A DNA stretch of 64,000 bases from Candidatus Krumholzibacteriota bacterium (GTDB lineage: Bacteria; Krumholzibacteriota; Krumholzibacteriia; JAJRXK01), in contig CAVSGG010000005.1 of NCBI GenBank assembly GCA_963727455.1, forward strand, positions 160,001 to 224,000, read 5' to 3'. Each line of letters begins with the position of its first letter. The stretch's first letter is position 1. The notes beneath the pieces are model-generated. The model worked only from the letters and a program-made list of their open reading frames with translations, searched no databases and was not told where the DNA came from. The translations under genes were made by a program, and so were the position numbers. Shown here in pieces: positions 47,777 to 58,110 of the stretch.

Positions 47777-50286
47777 GTATGAGCAGACGCAAAGCCACGT
47801 TCGGAATCTGGCTCCTGGTCTTCCTCGTCTTGCTGTCGGCGAGTGCGGTCCTGCATCCCGAGCAATATGCGGGCAAGATCTACGCGAGCAGCGACGCGCG
47901 AGCGGTTCAAGCATTCAAGATCGTGGGGGATCGAATGCTGGCCCAGGGAGTTTATCCACTCTGGAATCCCTATGTGTTTCTGGGGATGCCCTCCTATGCG
48001 AGCCTTGCCTATACGCCGGGAGTCTATCCGCTGGAACGGCCGGTCGATGAACTCAAGCACTTGTTCCATCTGCCCCCAATGACCTGGCTCCTGCTGCATC
48101 TTCTCATATTGGGGTTGGGAACCTGCGGCTATCTTCGCTGGCGCGGACAGTCGTGGATGGCCTCGGTGTTCGCCGGTGCGGCGGTCATGGCATTTCCCAA
48201 ACTGGTTGCCTGGTGCGTCTATGGACATGGCACCAAGGTGCTCAGCGTTGCCTGGTTGCCCTGGGTTCTGTGGATGCTCGAGGGAGTCTTGCGGCGAGGA
48301 CAGGCCAAGTGGGCGGTTGCGCTGGCGGCGCTCTTGGGAGTGCTTCTTCTGCGCGCTCACGTTCAGTTGACCTACTACACGGCCATGGCCGGTTTCTTCT
48401 GGTTCTGCGCCTTTGGAATTCCTCTGTGGAAAGAGGAGGGGGGACACAGGCGGCTTGCAATTCGCAGCGCGTGGATTTTCGGTGCATGCGTGCTGGCACT
48501 TCTCTTGGCCACCGAGCTCTACCTCCCGGTACTGAGTTACCAAGCGTACAGTATCCGCGGCGCCGCGAGTACGGGCGCTGGAGTGAGTTTCGCCTACGCC
48601 ACCAGTTGGAGTCTGGGAGCGAGCGGGATTCCCACCTTGTGGTGGCCCACTGCGGTCGGCTACGGAAAGATCTCGTACGTGGGGAGTATGCCGTTTACCG
48701 ATTACCCCAACTATGTGGGACTGCCGGTTCTGATTTTGGCAATTCTGGCGCTGGTTCTCCGCCGTGATCGCTGGACTTGGATGCTCGCCGCGCTCGCCTT
48801 CTTCGCGACGCTCGTGGCGATGGGCAATCACGGATTTCTCTATCGTTTGCTCTACGAGACACTGCCCGCTTTCAAGAAGTTCCGCGTTCCGGTGATGATC
48901 CTGATTCTGCAGGAGTTTTCCCTGATTCTACTGGCGGCCGCGGGAATCGACGAACTCACCTCGCACCTCAAGAAGGAGAACCGACCGGCCTGGCTCACGG
49001 GCGCGGTTGCTCTGCCGCTCTTGGGTCTTGCCCTCGTGCTCTTGATCCTGGGCACCTTCGGCTTCGATTATCTGCGTGAACAGTCGATCAACCACTGGCT
49101 CTCGCTACGCGCCCGCGTTCCCGTCGCTGCCTTGGACGCCGCGGCAAAGCTGGCGCGAGCTGATGCGTTGAGGATCGGCGCCATTTTCCTGCTCTCCTTG
49201 GCGGGAGCGCTGGCGTTCATTCGGGGCAGGATCTCGCGCCCGGTCCTGGCTGGTTTGCTGGGGTTCCTGGTTTTCGTCGACCTCTACGGCGTGACTCGAC
49301 CCATTGTGCACCCGGAACGCTACCTGAAAGATGTCGATCGCAACGAGCAGGGCCGTGCGGTCGTCGTTGATGCCCAGTCCATGATTCGCAAGCAGAGCTT
49401 CGTTCACTCCTACGTCGCGAGTAATGGCGCCCTCGACTTCATAAAGGAGCAGGGTTCCTTCCCCAGAGTATGGCCCCTGGGCCAGTATCAAATGGAGAAC
49501 CTCTATGCGGCGCAGGGCATCGTGAGCCTGGCGGGCTACCACGCGGCCAAACTCAGGACTTACGAGGAGATCAGAACGCACCTGTATCCGCCGAAGGGAC
49601 TACCCTCCCTGAAACTGGTCGATCTCTTGGCCGCAGATTGGGTCCACGTACCCAACGCTCTGCCGGAGCCAACGGTGCGGGGCTTGGCGCAGCAGGGACT
49701 CTCGCTGGTGCAGATGTACGAAGGAGATGGCGGGGTCGTGTATCACAACGAAAGTGCAGGGCCGCGAGCTTGGATCGTGGATCGGTTTCAACTGGAACAG
49801 ACGGGTAGGAACACGAGCCGCGCCGAGCCTGATACCACGGTACTGGACCGCGTTCTCGCTCCCAACTTCGACCCGGCTACCGAGGTCATCCTCTCCCAGG
49901 TCCCCAGTCCGGCACCTGAGGCGGGTGGCAGCGGGGAAGTGAGGCGCCTCGAAGAGAATCCGCAGCGCATCGTGTTCGAGGCGAAATGTGACCGTCCATC
50001 CGTCGCGGTTTTTGCAGACGTCTACTATCCGGACTGGGAGGCGAGAATCGATGGGAAGCCAGCCACCGTACTCCGCGCCGATTACGCTCTCCGAGCGCTC
50101 GCGCTTCCGTCTGGTGATCATCGGGTCGAGTTTTTCTACCGCGATGGGGCCTTTCGCACTGGGCGCCTCTTGCACCGCATTGCCTTGGTCATCCTCATTC
50201 TGGCTGCACTCGCGTTGCTGGTTCGCGCGTTGAGATCTTCCTCTTCGCGTGGCCCGGTCAATTCCGCAGGCGAAGTGAAGGCGTGA
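47773..50286 (+). CDS. YfhO-family GT-C membrane protein
   Basis: PLWNPY.F.GMP, KFRVP and GYH.AKL motifs; C-terminal YYPDW.A.IDG...V.RADY.LRA..LP.G.H.VEF. Confidence 0.85.
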   Translation: MSMSRRKATFGIWLLVFLVLLSASAVLHPEQYAGKIYASSDARAVQAFKIVGDRMLAQGVYPLWNPYVFLGMPSYASLAYTPGVYPLERPVDELKHLFHLPPMTWLLLHLLILGLGTCGYLRWRGQSWMASVFAGAAVMAFPKLVAWCVYGHGTKVLSVAWLPWVLWMLEGVLRRGQAKWAVALAALLGVLLLRAHVQLTYYTAMAGFFWFCAFGIPLWKEEGGHRRLAIRSAWIFGACVLALLLATELYLPVLSYQAYSIRGAASTGAGVSFAYATSWSLGASGIPTLWWPTAVGYGKISYVGSMPFTDYPNYVGLPVLILAILALVLRRDRWTWMLAALAFFATLVAMGNHGFLYRLLYETLPAFKKFRVPVMILILQEFSLILLAAAGIDELTSHLKKENRPAWLTGAVALPLLGLALVLLILGTFGFDYLREQSINHWLSLRARVPVAALDAAAKLARADALRIGAIFLLSLAGALAFIRGRISRPVLAGLLGFLVFVDLYGVTRPIVHPERYLKDVDRNEQGRAVVVDAQSMIRKQSFVHSYVASNGALDFIKEQGSFPRVWPLGQYQMENLYAAQGIVSLAGYHAAKLRTYEEIRTHLYPPKGLPSLKLVDLLAADWVHVPNALPEPTVRGLAQQGLSLVQMYEGDGGVVYHNESAGPRAWIVDRFQLEQTGRNTSRAEPDTTVLDRVLAPNFDPATEVILSQVPSPAPEAGGSGEVRRLEENPQRIVFEAKCDRPSVAVFADVYYPDWEARIDGKPATVLRADYALRALALPSGDHRVEFFYRDGAFRTGRLLHRIALVILILAALALLVRALRSSSSRGPVNSAGEVKA

Positions 50287-50435
50287 TGGCAGCGAAATGG
50301 GGTATACTCGGCGCATTGAGCGGTGAATTTCGATGATTGCCAGCCGCAGCGACCCCGACTAGGCTGGCACTGCAAAAGCACCTCTCAGTCCACGGTCACG
50401 CTGGTCCCTGAGTTCGTGAGGAGCGCTAGAAGCGA

Positions 50436-51149
50436 ATGAAAGCTCTGATCGTGATTCCCACCTATAACGAGCGGCACAATATCGGGCGTATCATTCCGGA
50501 GATCTTGAAACAGGATCCGGGAATCGAGGTCCTGGTCGTGGATGACAGCAGTCCCGATGGCACCGGCGCGGTCGTCACGCAGATGATGGAGAGCGAATCG
50601 CGCATCCATCTCATCGAACGCGAAGGAAAGCAGGGCTTGGGCACGGCGTACTTGGCTGGCTTCAAGTGGGCACTGGCGGAGACGGACGCGGAGTACATCT
50701 TCGAGATGGATGCCGATTTTTCGCATGATCCCGCCGCGATTCCCAGCTTCCTGGAGACGATTCAGCACTGTGATCTGGTGATCGGGAGTCGTTATGTGAA
50801 TGGAATCACGGTCATGAACTGGCCGCTCTCCCGGCTCTTCCTTTCGGTTTTCGCCAACTACTATGCAGCCGCGGTCACCGGCCTGCCGCTAAAGGATTGT
50901 ACGGGTGGCTTCAAGTGCTTCCGGAGACGCACGCTGCAGAGCTTGCCCCTGAGTCGGGTTCACAGCGACGGATACGGCTTCCAGATCGAATTGAACTATC
51001 ACGCGTGGAGACGTGGATTTCAAATTCGAGAGATCCCCATCGTCTTCACCGATCGCATCGTGGGAGAGAGCAAGATGTCCAGGCGAATCATCTGGGAGGC
51101 AGCTTGGGTCGTTTGGCGTCTGCGCTTCTTCTCCGCTTCCAGCGAATGA
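50436..51149 (+). CDS. Polyprenol-monophosphomannose synthase (Ppm1/DPM1-like GT2)
   Basis: IPTYNE, VDD.SPDGT, K.GLGTAY..GF, EMDADFSHDP, GSRYV.G, D.TGGFKC and GESKM motifs. Confidence 0.9.
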   Translation: MKALIVIPTYNERHNIGRIIPEILKQDPGIEVLVVDDSSPDGTGAVVTQMMESESRIHLIEREGKQGLGTAYLAGFKWALAETDAEYIFEMDADFSHDPAAIPSFLETIQHCDLVIGSRYVNGITVMNWPLSRLFLSVFANYYAAAVTGLPLKDCTGGFKCFRRRTLQSLPLSRVHSDGYGFQIELNYHAWRRGFQIREIPIVFTDRIVGESKMSRRIIWEAAWVVWRLRFFSASSE

Positions 51150-53278
51150 AGGCTACGAGAGTGCACGAGCCGTCCCTCGACCTCACGATCATACTCGTGA
51201 GTTATCATAGCGCCCATCCCCTCAGGGCCTTTTTCGAGAGCTATCGCCGCCATCCGGTTACGGCCTCCCACGAGATTTTGGTCGTGGACAACGCCCCAGG
51301 AGACGGTGTGGCTGACTGGATCGAAGAGGAGCATCCCGAAGTCAAGCTGATCTCTAACCCCAGGAACGTGGGCTACGCCCGTGGAGTGAATGCGGGAATC
51401 GAGCGCGCGGCCGGGCGTGCTATTCTGGTCATCAATCCGGACGTGGAGCTATCCGAGGGGGGAGTCGATCGAGCGCTGAACTACCTGAATGAGCATCCCG
51501 AGGCGGGGATCGTGGGGGCGCGGCTTCTCAATCGCGACGGTTCGCTGCAGAACAGCGCTCGTCGCTTTTACACCCTGCAGACGATTCTCTTGCGCCGGAC
51601 GCCCCTGGGCCGTCTGAATCCCGACCATCCCGAACTCAAACGTCACCTCATGCTCGATGAGGACCTCGATCACCCCCGTCCCGTCGACTGGGTCATGGGG
51701 GCGTGGATGCTGGTGCGTCGCTCCGCCATCGAGGCGGTCGGGAAGATGGATGGCCGATTCTTCATGTACTTCGAGGATGTCGATTGGTGCTATCGAATGT
51801 GGGCCGGTGGATTCGAGGTGCACTATTTCCCCGACTCTAGCTTCGTCCATGCCTACGAACGCAGCAGCGGTGGTTTGAACAGAACGCTACTCTATCACTT
51901 GCGTTCCTTCGCCAGTTACTACGACAAGTGGGGAGCACTGGTCTACGTAGCGAAGCAACTGCGGCGCGGTTGGGAGAAGCTGAGTGCATTCGTCCTCGAC
52001 CTCGTGTTCTTGAACCTGGCATTCCTTGCGTCCTATTTCGCTCGCTTGCTCCTGCAGCCGGCACTCCCCTTACCGCTGTACGCCTTTGCCGAGTATCTCC
52101 CTTTGCTTGCATTTACAAACGTAGTGGCCGCATTCACTTTACCCTTGGCGGGCCGCTACGTTTCGACACACAACGAACGTCCGCTCTCGCGCTGGATCGA
52201 TAGCGGACGGCTCGCGCTCACGATTACTCTGCTCGTCATGGCCGGCACCTGGCTCGCTCATACTCGCACCTTCAGCCGTCTCGTCATCGTCTTTCTCTTC
52301 CCCCTATTGACGGTGGCTCTACAGCTCTCCCGAGTTCTCCTGAAACGACTTTTGGCTGGAGGTACTGCGGGGAGTGGATTCGACCGCGCCGCTGTCGTGG
52401 GCGACGTGGCTGAGGTGGAGCGCCTTCAGAGGGAGCTCTCCGCCCGAGACCACGAATCTCTCATCGTGGCGGGGCGGGTTCCACTGGCTGGGTCGGAGAG
52501 TGCAGCGGAAAGAGGCCTCCGCGTATTGGGCCCGGTGGAAAATCTCGAGACGATTGTCGAGACCTACCGGCTTGGCGAGGTTCTCGTCGCGGGGGGGACG
52601 GAGCAGAGAGAGCTGACGGTTGCGAAACTGAGGCAGATCGCGGCAGCTGGGGTCGCAGTCTACCTTCTACCACCATGGGCGGAGCTCCTGCGCGGGATGG
52701 ATGGCCTGGTCCGTCGCCACGGGTGCTCCTGGCTGCAGATTCGTCCTCCCACCATGCTCGCAGAAGGCGCATGGGCCAAGGCGGCTCTCGACCGCTTGGG
52801 TGGAGCGCTGCTCTGTCTTTTGTCACTCCCCGGCTTCGTGTTATGCTCAGCGCTCGGGCGGCCTTTGGGCCTCGTCCGCTGGCGTGGCTCCCAGAGGCTC
52901 GGTCAGCGCCGCCGGGTCATTCACTGGCCCGAACTCGTGAGTGGCCGAAGTGGACGTGCCCTCTGGGGCCTGGTACAACTGCCCGTCTTTTGGCAGGTGC
53001 TCGCCGGACGGCTCAGTCTGGTGGGCCCGTTCGCGTTTTCTCCACTGCGGGAAAAGGAGCTTCGTCCGATCCACCTGTTACGGTTCGCCGTCAAGCCCGG
53101 TCTTGCGGGCCTCTGGCAACAAGAGTGCAACGAGACGACTCTCGAGTCCCTCGTATCCAGTGATCTCGATTATCTGGAGCAGTGGTCGCTGACGCTTGAT
53201 TTGGATCTCCTGCTGTCGGCTCTGCCGGGAATCCTCTTTCGTCGTGACTTCTGGCACCGACTTCCCCGAAGTTCCTGA
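51146..53278 (+). CDS. Fusion of a GT2 domain with a WcaJ-like TM/Rossmann region and a degenerate phosphoglycosyltransferase domain
   Basis: VDN, INPD, DWV.GA and FFMYFEDVD motifs; then TM helices; LP.FW.VL.G.LSLVGP, KPGL.GLWQ and DL.Y...WSL.LD. Confidence 0.8.
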   Translation: MKATRVHEPSLDLTIILVSYHSAHPLRAFFESYRRHPVTASHEILVVDNAPGDGVADWIEEEHPEVKLISNPRNVGYARGVNAGIERAAGRAILVINPDVELSEGGVDRALNYLNEHPEAGIVGARLLNRDGSLQNSARRFYTLQTILLRRTPLGRLNPDHPELKRHLMLDEDLDHPRPVDWVMGAWMLVRRSAIEAVGKMDGRFFMYFEDVDWCYRMWAGGFEVHYFPDSSFVHAYERSSGGLNRTLLYHLRSFASYYDKWGALVYVAKQLRRGWEKLSAFVLDLVFLNLAFLASYFARLLLQPALPLPLYAFAEYLPLLAFTNVVAAFTLPLAGRYVSTHNERPLSRWIDSGRLALTITLLVMAGTWLAHTRTFSRLVIVFLFPLLTVALQLSRVLLKRLLAGGTAGSGFDRAAVVGDVAEVERLQRELSARDHESLIVAGRVPLAGSESAAERGLRVLGPVENLETIVETYRLGEVLVAGGTEQRELTVAKLRQIAAAGVAVYLLPPWAELLRGMDGLVRRHGCSWLQIRPPTMLAEGAWAKAALDRLGGALLCLLSLPGFVLCSALGRPLGLVRWRGSQRLGQRRRVIHWPELVSGRSGRALWGLVQLPVFWQVLAGRLSLVGPFAFSPLREKELRPIHLLRFAVKPGLAGLWQQECNETTLESLVSSDLDYLEQWSLTLDLDLLLSALPGILFRRDFWHRLPRSS

Positions 53279-53288
53279 AGTGGATCCC

Positions 53289-55718
53289 ATGAAAACCTGC
53301 ATCTTCTGGACGTTCCTTCTTCTCTCCCTTCTATTTTGGTCTCCGCGCGCCTCGGCAGATCTGACCGAGGCGGGACCCTGGTCCACAACCTCCCAGCTGC
53401 GTGAGGTTCGGCGCATGACCCTCTTTGCGGGGAAGCTGATCGCGGCCACGCCTCAGGGGGGCCTACTCCTGATCGATCCCACTAGCGGAGCGATCAGCCG
53501 CTTCAACAGTGGCGACGGACTCAGTTCCGACGCGATCAGCGACCTGGCCGTCTCGCCGAGTGGCGAGCTGTGGCTGGCCACGGGAGGCGAGGGCATCTCT
53601 CCCGCCGGTCTCTGTAGCCTCGATGCCGGCTTCGGCGTGCGTACGGTGGCACAGAACCTCGCGTCGCTCGAAGTCACCGCGGTCGCCGCTGACGGCGATT
53701 TCGTCTACTACGGAACGCGCATGGACGGTGCTGGCCGTCTCAGCTCCGGAGTGCCCGAAGCGATTTACACCTCCGCGGGGGAAGGACTCGCAGACGACCG
53801 CGTGCTCTATGCGGCTGCCTATGGTGGCGAGGCATGGTTCGCCACCCAGGGGGGGCTGAGCCGCTTCAAGAACGGCGTCTTGCAGACCTTCAACGACGGA
53901 CTGGAGTTCATGGTAGTGCGGGATCTGATTGCCGGATCGCAGGGAGCCTTCGCCGCGGACCGCACGGGGGTGAAGAGGTTCGATCCGGACAGCGGGAGCT
54001 GGGTGCAGTTCGGCAGCGGATTGAGCGATAGTCTGCGCGCCCTGAGCTTTGATGGAGAGGATCTGGTGGGCTTGGGGTATGCGGGGACGGCCTGGCGTCT
54101 TCCAGCGCAATCGAGTCAATGGCAGAGTCGCGCTTTGGACCTCACGGGGCGGGTCTTGCAAACGCTCGCACCGGACGGTCAGGGACATGTGTGGTACGGA
54201 GGGTACCAAGTGGACCTGCAACGCACCCTGCAGGGACCGCGGGCGTGCCTGCTCGAGCCCGATTCCGGTCGCGTTCTCACCGCCATCGGTCTTTTGGGCG
54301 TCAACGTACAGAACCTGGTGCCCGATGGCAAAGGTGGGGCTTGGGTGAGTTGCCTTGCGCCCTACAACGGACTCACGCATTGGCGCGCCGATGGTAGCTT
54401 CGTCCATTACGATTACGAACAATCGGTTGCCGGATTCGGTTGGTGTGCGAATCGGACCAAGTTCGGTCTGGCCCTCGATTCCAACTCCGACCTTTGGGTG
54501 AGTAACTTCCGGGATTGTCTCACGCGGCTACGTCCGGCGGCCGACGACGATCCCGCGAACGCGGAGTACCTCGACTTGCCGGTGGATGAGAGCCCGCTCC
54601 GCCTGCGGCGCATCCGCCAGATCGTGGAAGATCCGCAAGGCAGAATCTGGCTCCTCAGCGAAGGGGACCTAGCCGATGCCGGCCTGGGGATCGACATCAT
54701 CGAGCATCCTAGCCGTCCGGAGGACCCCACCGCCTGGAGAGAACTTTCTCCTTCCAACAGTCAGCTCCTGGATGGATGGGTGACCAGCGTCACCTTCCAG
54801 GATCCGGGAATCGCGTGGATCTGCATCGACGGAGAGGGGGTTCAGCGCTGGGACTACGACGGCCTGGCCGATGATGGGGTCATGCGCAGCAGCCAATTCA
54901 ATTCGAGTGCAGCCTGGGATCTCATTCCCTACGTCGGAGCTTCGAGCGCGGTCGCGTTCAGCCAACCGCGGCAGGTTGCGATCGCACAGAACGGACTCGT
55001 CTACATTGCCGCTGCGGACCTGGGTGTCCTGGAGTTGCGTTATACTCCATTCTTGGCGGATGACTCCGAACGGATCAAGTTCTTGCGAGTCTTCCGCGCC
55101 GGTCAGGCCGGACTCGGGTTGCTCAGTGGGAATGCGAGTGGATGCGTATTCGACCCCAGCGGACGCCTGTGGGTGACGACCTCGGCCGGTTTGAATCGAC
55201 TGGATGTCGCCGCGAACCAGTTGAAGATCGACGCCTGGACGACCGTCGATGCGTTTACCACCTTCCAACTTCAACTCTCGGGGTATCGAGCCGAAGTGAT
55301 CTCGCCAATGGCGGGAGCCGACTTGCAGAACATCGTCTACGATCCGGTCGAGCGAGCGATGGTGATGGGGAGCACCGTGGGTGCGAGCCGCGTGTCGACC
55401 AGCATCGGCATCGAAGCGCAACCGCCGGCGGATCAAATCTCTTTCGTCATCTATCCGAATCCCTACCCGGGACGAGAAGGGACACAGGAAGGGATTTTCC
55501 TCAGAGGGATCGAGGGATCAGGTGAGGTTCTAGTTCAGGTCTACGACCTCCAGGGCACATTGATCACCGAGGCCAATTTCACGAGCGAGGAGTTGTCGAC
55601 GCGCGCGGTATGGGATGTGAAGGACCTGAAGTTCAGAAACGCCGCCAGCGGGCTCTATATTGTACGGGTGAGCCGCGCCGGAGGTACGGCTTCAGAAGTG
55701 CTCGCGGTGGAGAGATGA
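53289..55718 (+). CDS. PorZ-like beta-propeller protein with T9SS type-A/FlgD-like C-terminal domain
   Basis: Signal peptide; DGL.S..I, W.AT.GG and G.LW repeats; C-terminal YPNP...VYD.QG..I...WD.....ASG.Y. Confidence 0.7.
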   Translation: MKTCIFWTFLLLSLLFWSPRASADLTEAGPWSTTSQLREVRRMTLFAGKLIAATPQGGLLLIDPTSGAISRFNSGDGLSSDAISDLAVSPSGELWLATGGEGISPAGLCSLDAGFGVRTVAQNLASLEVTAVAADGDFVYYGTRMDGAGRLSSGVPEAIYTSAGEGLADDRVLYAAAYGGEAWFATQGGLSRFKNGVLQTFNDGLEFMVVRDLIAGSQGAFAADRTGVKRFDPDSGSWVQFGSGLSDSLRALSFDGEDLVGLGYAGTAWRLPAQSSQWQSRALDLTGRVLQTLAPDGQGHVWYGGYQVDLQRTLQGPRACLLEPDSGRVLTAIGLLGVNVQNLVPDGKGGAWVSCLAPYNGLTHWRADGSFVHYDYEQSVAGFGWCANRTKFGLALDSNSDLWVSNFRDCLTRLRPAADDDPANAEYLDLPVDESPLRLRRIRQIVEDPQGRIWLLSEGDLADAGLGIDIIEHPSRPEDPTAWRELSPSNSQLLDGWVTSVTFQDPGIAWICIDGEGVQRWDYDGLADDGVMRSSQFNSSAAWDLIPYVGASSAVAFSQPRQVAIAQNGLVYIAAADLGVLELRYTPFLADDSERIKFLRVFRAGQAGLGLLSGNASGCVFDPSGRLWVTTSAGLNRLDVAANQLKIDAWTTVDAFTTFQLQLSGYRAEVISPMAGADLQNIVYDPVERAMVMGSTVGASRVSTSIGIEAQPPADQISFVIYPNPYPGREGTQEGIFLRGIEGSGEVLVQVYDLQGTLITEANFTSEELSTRAVWDVKDLKFRNAASGLYIVRVSRAGGTASEVLAVER

Positions 55719-57136
55719 AGAGAAGAGTACTCGTAATCGGAGCCGGTTCGGCCGGCCGGATGATCGCTGAGGAGCTGAGCGAAAACGGAGAGGAGTACAA
55801 CCGGGAGGTGGTCGCGTTCCTCGACGACGACCCCGCGTTGTTGGGCAAGGACATATTGGGACAGAGCGTCGTCGGCACGAGCGATGACGTGCAGCGTTTC
55901 GTTCGCGAACTCGCAATCGACGAAATCGTCATCGCCATTCCCTCCGGCCTGGGCTCGGTGGTGCGGCGCCTCATCTCTCTGGCGCAGAAAGCGCGCGTCC
56001 CGGTGAGAATCGTGCCCGGTGTCCGCGACATCATCGAGGGCACGGTGAGCTTCGAACAGGTGCGCGAGATCGCCCCCGAGGATTTGCTCGGGCGTGAAAC
56101 CGTCACCCTCGAAAAGGGCCCGATCCGCCAGGTCGTGGAGGGGCGGGAAGTGCTCATCACCGGAGCCGGAGGGAGTATCGGCAGCGAGATCTGCCGTCAA
56201 ATCGTCTCCTTTCATCCCTCACGTCTGTGGCTTCTTGGTCGCGGAGAAAACAGTCTCTTCGAAATCGAGGAGGAGCTGCGCGAAGGTCTGGGCTATCGGG
56301 ACGGCCGCGTGGTGATTGCCGACGTCCGTGACATGGATCGCTTGAACTTCTTGGCCAAAGATCTAAAGCCCGAGGTCATCGTGCACGCCGCGGCACACAA
56401 GCACGTTCCCTTCATGGAGATCTATCCTGAGGAAGCGGTGATGGTCAATGTGGTGGGCACGGCCAATCTCCTGAGTTTCTGTGAACTCGTGGGTGCCTCG
56501 CGTTTCGTGATGCTTTCCACCGACAAAGCCGTGCATCCGCGCAGTGTGATGGGTTCGACCAAGCGAATCGCCGAGTTCCTCGTGCAGTGCGCTGCCAAGC
56601 GAAATCACGCCTGTTATATGGCGGTACGTTTCGGCAACGTTTTGGGCAGTCGCGGCAGCGTCGTTCCGATCTTCCAGCGTCAACTGCGGCGAGGGGGACC
56701 TCTGACCGTCACCGACAAGCGGGCCAGTCGTTTCTTCATGACCATCAAGGAAGCGGCGATGCTGGTAGTACAGGCCATGGCCGGTGGGCAGGGGGGAGAG
56801 ATCTTCATTCTGGACATGGGCGAGGCGATCAAGATCTACGAGTTGGCGCGCAACGTCATTGCCTTGGCGGGATTGACCGAGGACGACGGAATCGAAATCG
56901 TGGAAACCGGCCTCCGTCCGGGTGAGAAACTCGAAGAGCTTTATCTGGCGACCACCGAGAGAACCGAACCTGGACCGCACTCGCAGATCCTCAGTGCCCG
57001 GCCCCAAATTCCGCGTGGATTCGAGGCGGATACCGTAGTCGAGGAGCTGCGATCCCTCGCGCACGCCGGAGACCGGGAAGGAATCCGTCGTTGTTTGGCG
57101 GCGTGGATTCCCGACCACGACAGTTCCTCCGACTAG
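55715..57136 (+). CDS. CapD/PglF-type UDP-GlcNAc 4,6-dehydratase lacking the N-terminal TM domain
   Basis: GAG.AG, EDLLGR, TGAGGSIGSE, HAAAHKHVP, STDKAV, VRFGNVLGSRGSV and GLRPGEKL.E motifs. Confidence 0.92.
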   Translation: MKRRVLVIGAGSAGRMIAEELSENGEEYNREVVAFLDDDPALLGKDILGQSVVGTSDDVQRFVRELAIDEIVIAIPSGLGSVVRRLISLAQKARVPVRIVPGVRDIIEGTVSFEQVREIAPEDLLGRETVTLEKGPIRQVVEGREVLITGAGGSIGSEICRQIVSFHPSRLWLLGRGENSLFEIEEELREGLGYRDGRVVIADVRDMDRLNFLAKDLKPEVIVHAAAHKHVPFMEIYPEEAVMVNVVGTANLLSFCELVGASRFVMLSTDKAVHPRSVMGSTKRIAEFLVQCAAKRNHACYMAVRFGNVLGSRGSVVPIFQRQLRRGGPLTVTDKRASRFFMTIKEAAMLVVQAMAGGQGGEIFILDMGEAIKIYELARNVIALAGLTEDDGIEIVETGLRPGEKLEELYLATTERTEPGPHSQILSARPQIPRGFEADTVVEELRSLAHAGDREGIRRCLAAWIPDHDSSSD

Positions 57137-57147
57137 AAAACGCTGTG

Positions 57148-58110
57148 ATGCGGCAATCGGGATTCACAATCAGAACTAAAGACGAAGTGGATGCCGGGGA
57201 GTGGGAGGAGCTGCTCGCGAGCGATCCGCGTTCCCTGTTGTTCCAAGCCCCCGCTTGGTTGAAGCGCTTCGTGCGCAACCATCCCCGAAAGCAAGCGCGC
57301 TGGCTCGAATTGCGGGACGAGGGGGGAGAGCTCCTTTCCGGTATGCCCTACGCCCTTTCCTCACGTTGGGGATTGCGCGCCATCGCGAGTGGAATCGCCG
57401 GAACCTATGGAGGGCCGGTAAGCCGGCAGGGGAAGTGGGCGGCGGAGCGCGAGATTCTACGCTACTACCTGAGGCTAGGGGGGAAGCGCTGCGTCCTACG
57501 CGAAATGCTCTGGGGCCACGAGGCCCCCCCCGCCGGAGCCGGACAGGAACTTCATCCCATCGAAACCGCCGTCATCGATCTTTCCGATGGCTTCGAGGGA
57601 TTCTGGGCGCACTCCCTCACCCACAACCGCCGCAACGAATGCAACCGCAGCGAGAGGCGGGGGCTCATCTCCCGCGAGAGTCGCGAGCTGGATCTTCTGC
57701 GGTCGTTTTACCCGCTCTATCAAAAGCGCAGCGAGCAGTGGGGGAAGATCCCGCACTCCCTGCGCTTTCTCGAGGAAGTGGTCGAGGAGGAAGAATCCTC
57801 GCTGCTCATCTCCTGCGAGTACGAAGGCCGAGTGGTGGGCATGCACGTCTGCTTCGATCTGGGTGCGGAGTTCCTTGCCTGGCTGGGAACCAGCGAGCGT
57901 CTTCGTGAGGTTTTTCCCGCCACCATGATGGTGAAAGCGGGAGTGCAAGCCGCCGCGGCTCGCGGATGCAAGCGCATGAACCTGGGCTCCAGCTTGGGGC
58001 TGCGTGGGGTGTCGGAGTTCAAAAAACTCGTGGGGGCCGAGAGCTCTCGGCGCTGGCTTCTGCATCAGCAGGCGGGCTGGCTGCAATGGGCGCGCAGGCG
58101 CTCTCGATGA
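57148..58110 (+). CDS. FemAB/BcsL-like GNAT family acyltransferase
   Basis: FQ.P.W, YGGP, IDL and G...FKK..GA motifs. Confidence 0.75.
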   Translation: MRQSGFTIRTKDEVDAGEWEELLASDPRSLLFQAPAWLKRFVRNHPRKQARWLELRDEGGELLSGMPYALSSRWGLRAIASGIAGTYGGPVSRQGKWAAEREILRYYLRLGGKRCVLREMLWGHEAPPAGAGQELHPIETAVIDLSDGFEGFWAHSLTHNRRNECNRSERRGLISRESRELDLLRSFYPLYQKRSEQWGKIPHSLRFLEEVVEEEESSLLISCEYEGRVVGMHVCFDLGAEFLAWLGTSERLREVFPATMMVKAGVQAAAARGCKRMNLGSSLGLRGVSEFKKLVGAESSRRWLLHQQAGWLQWARRRSR

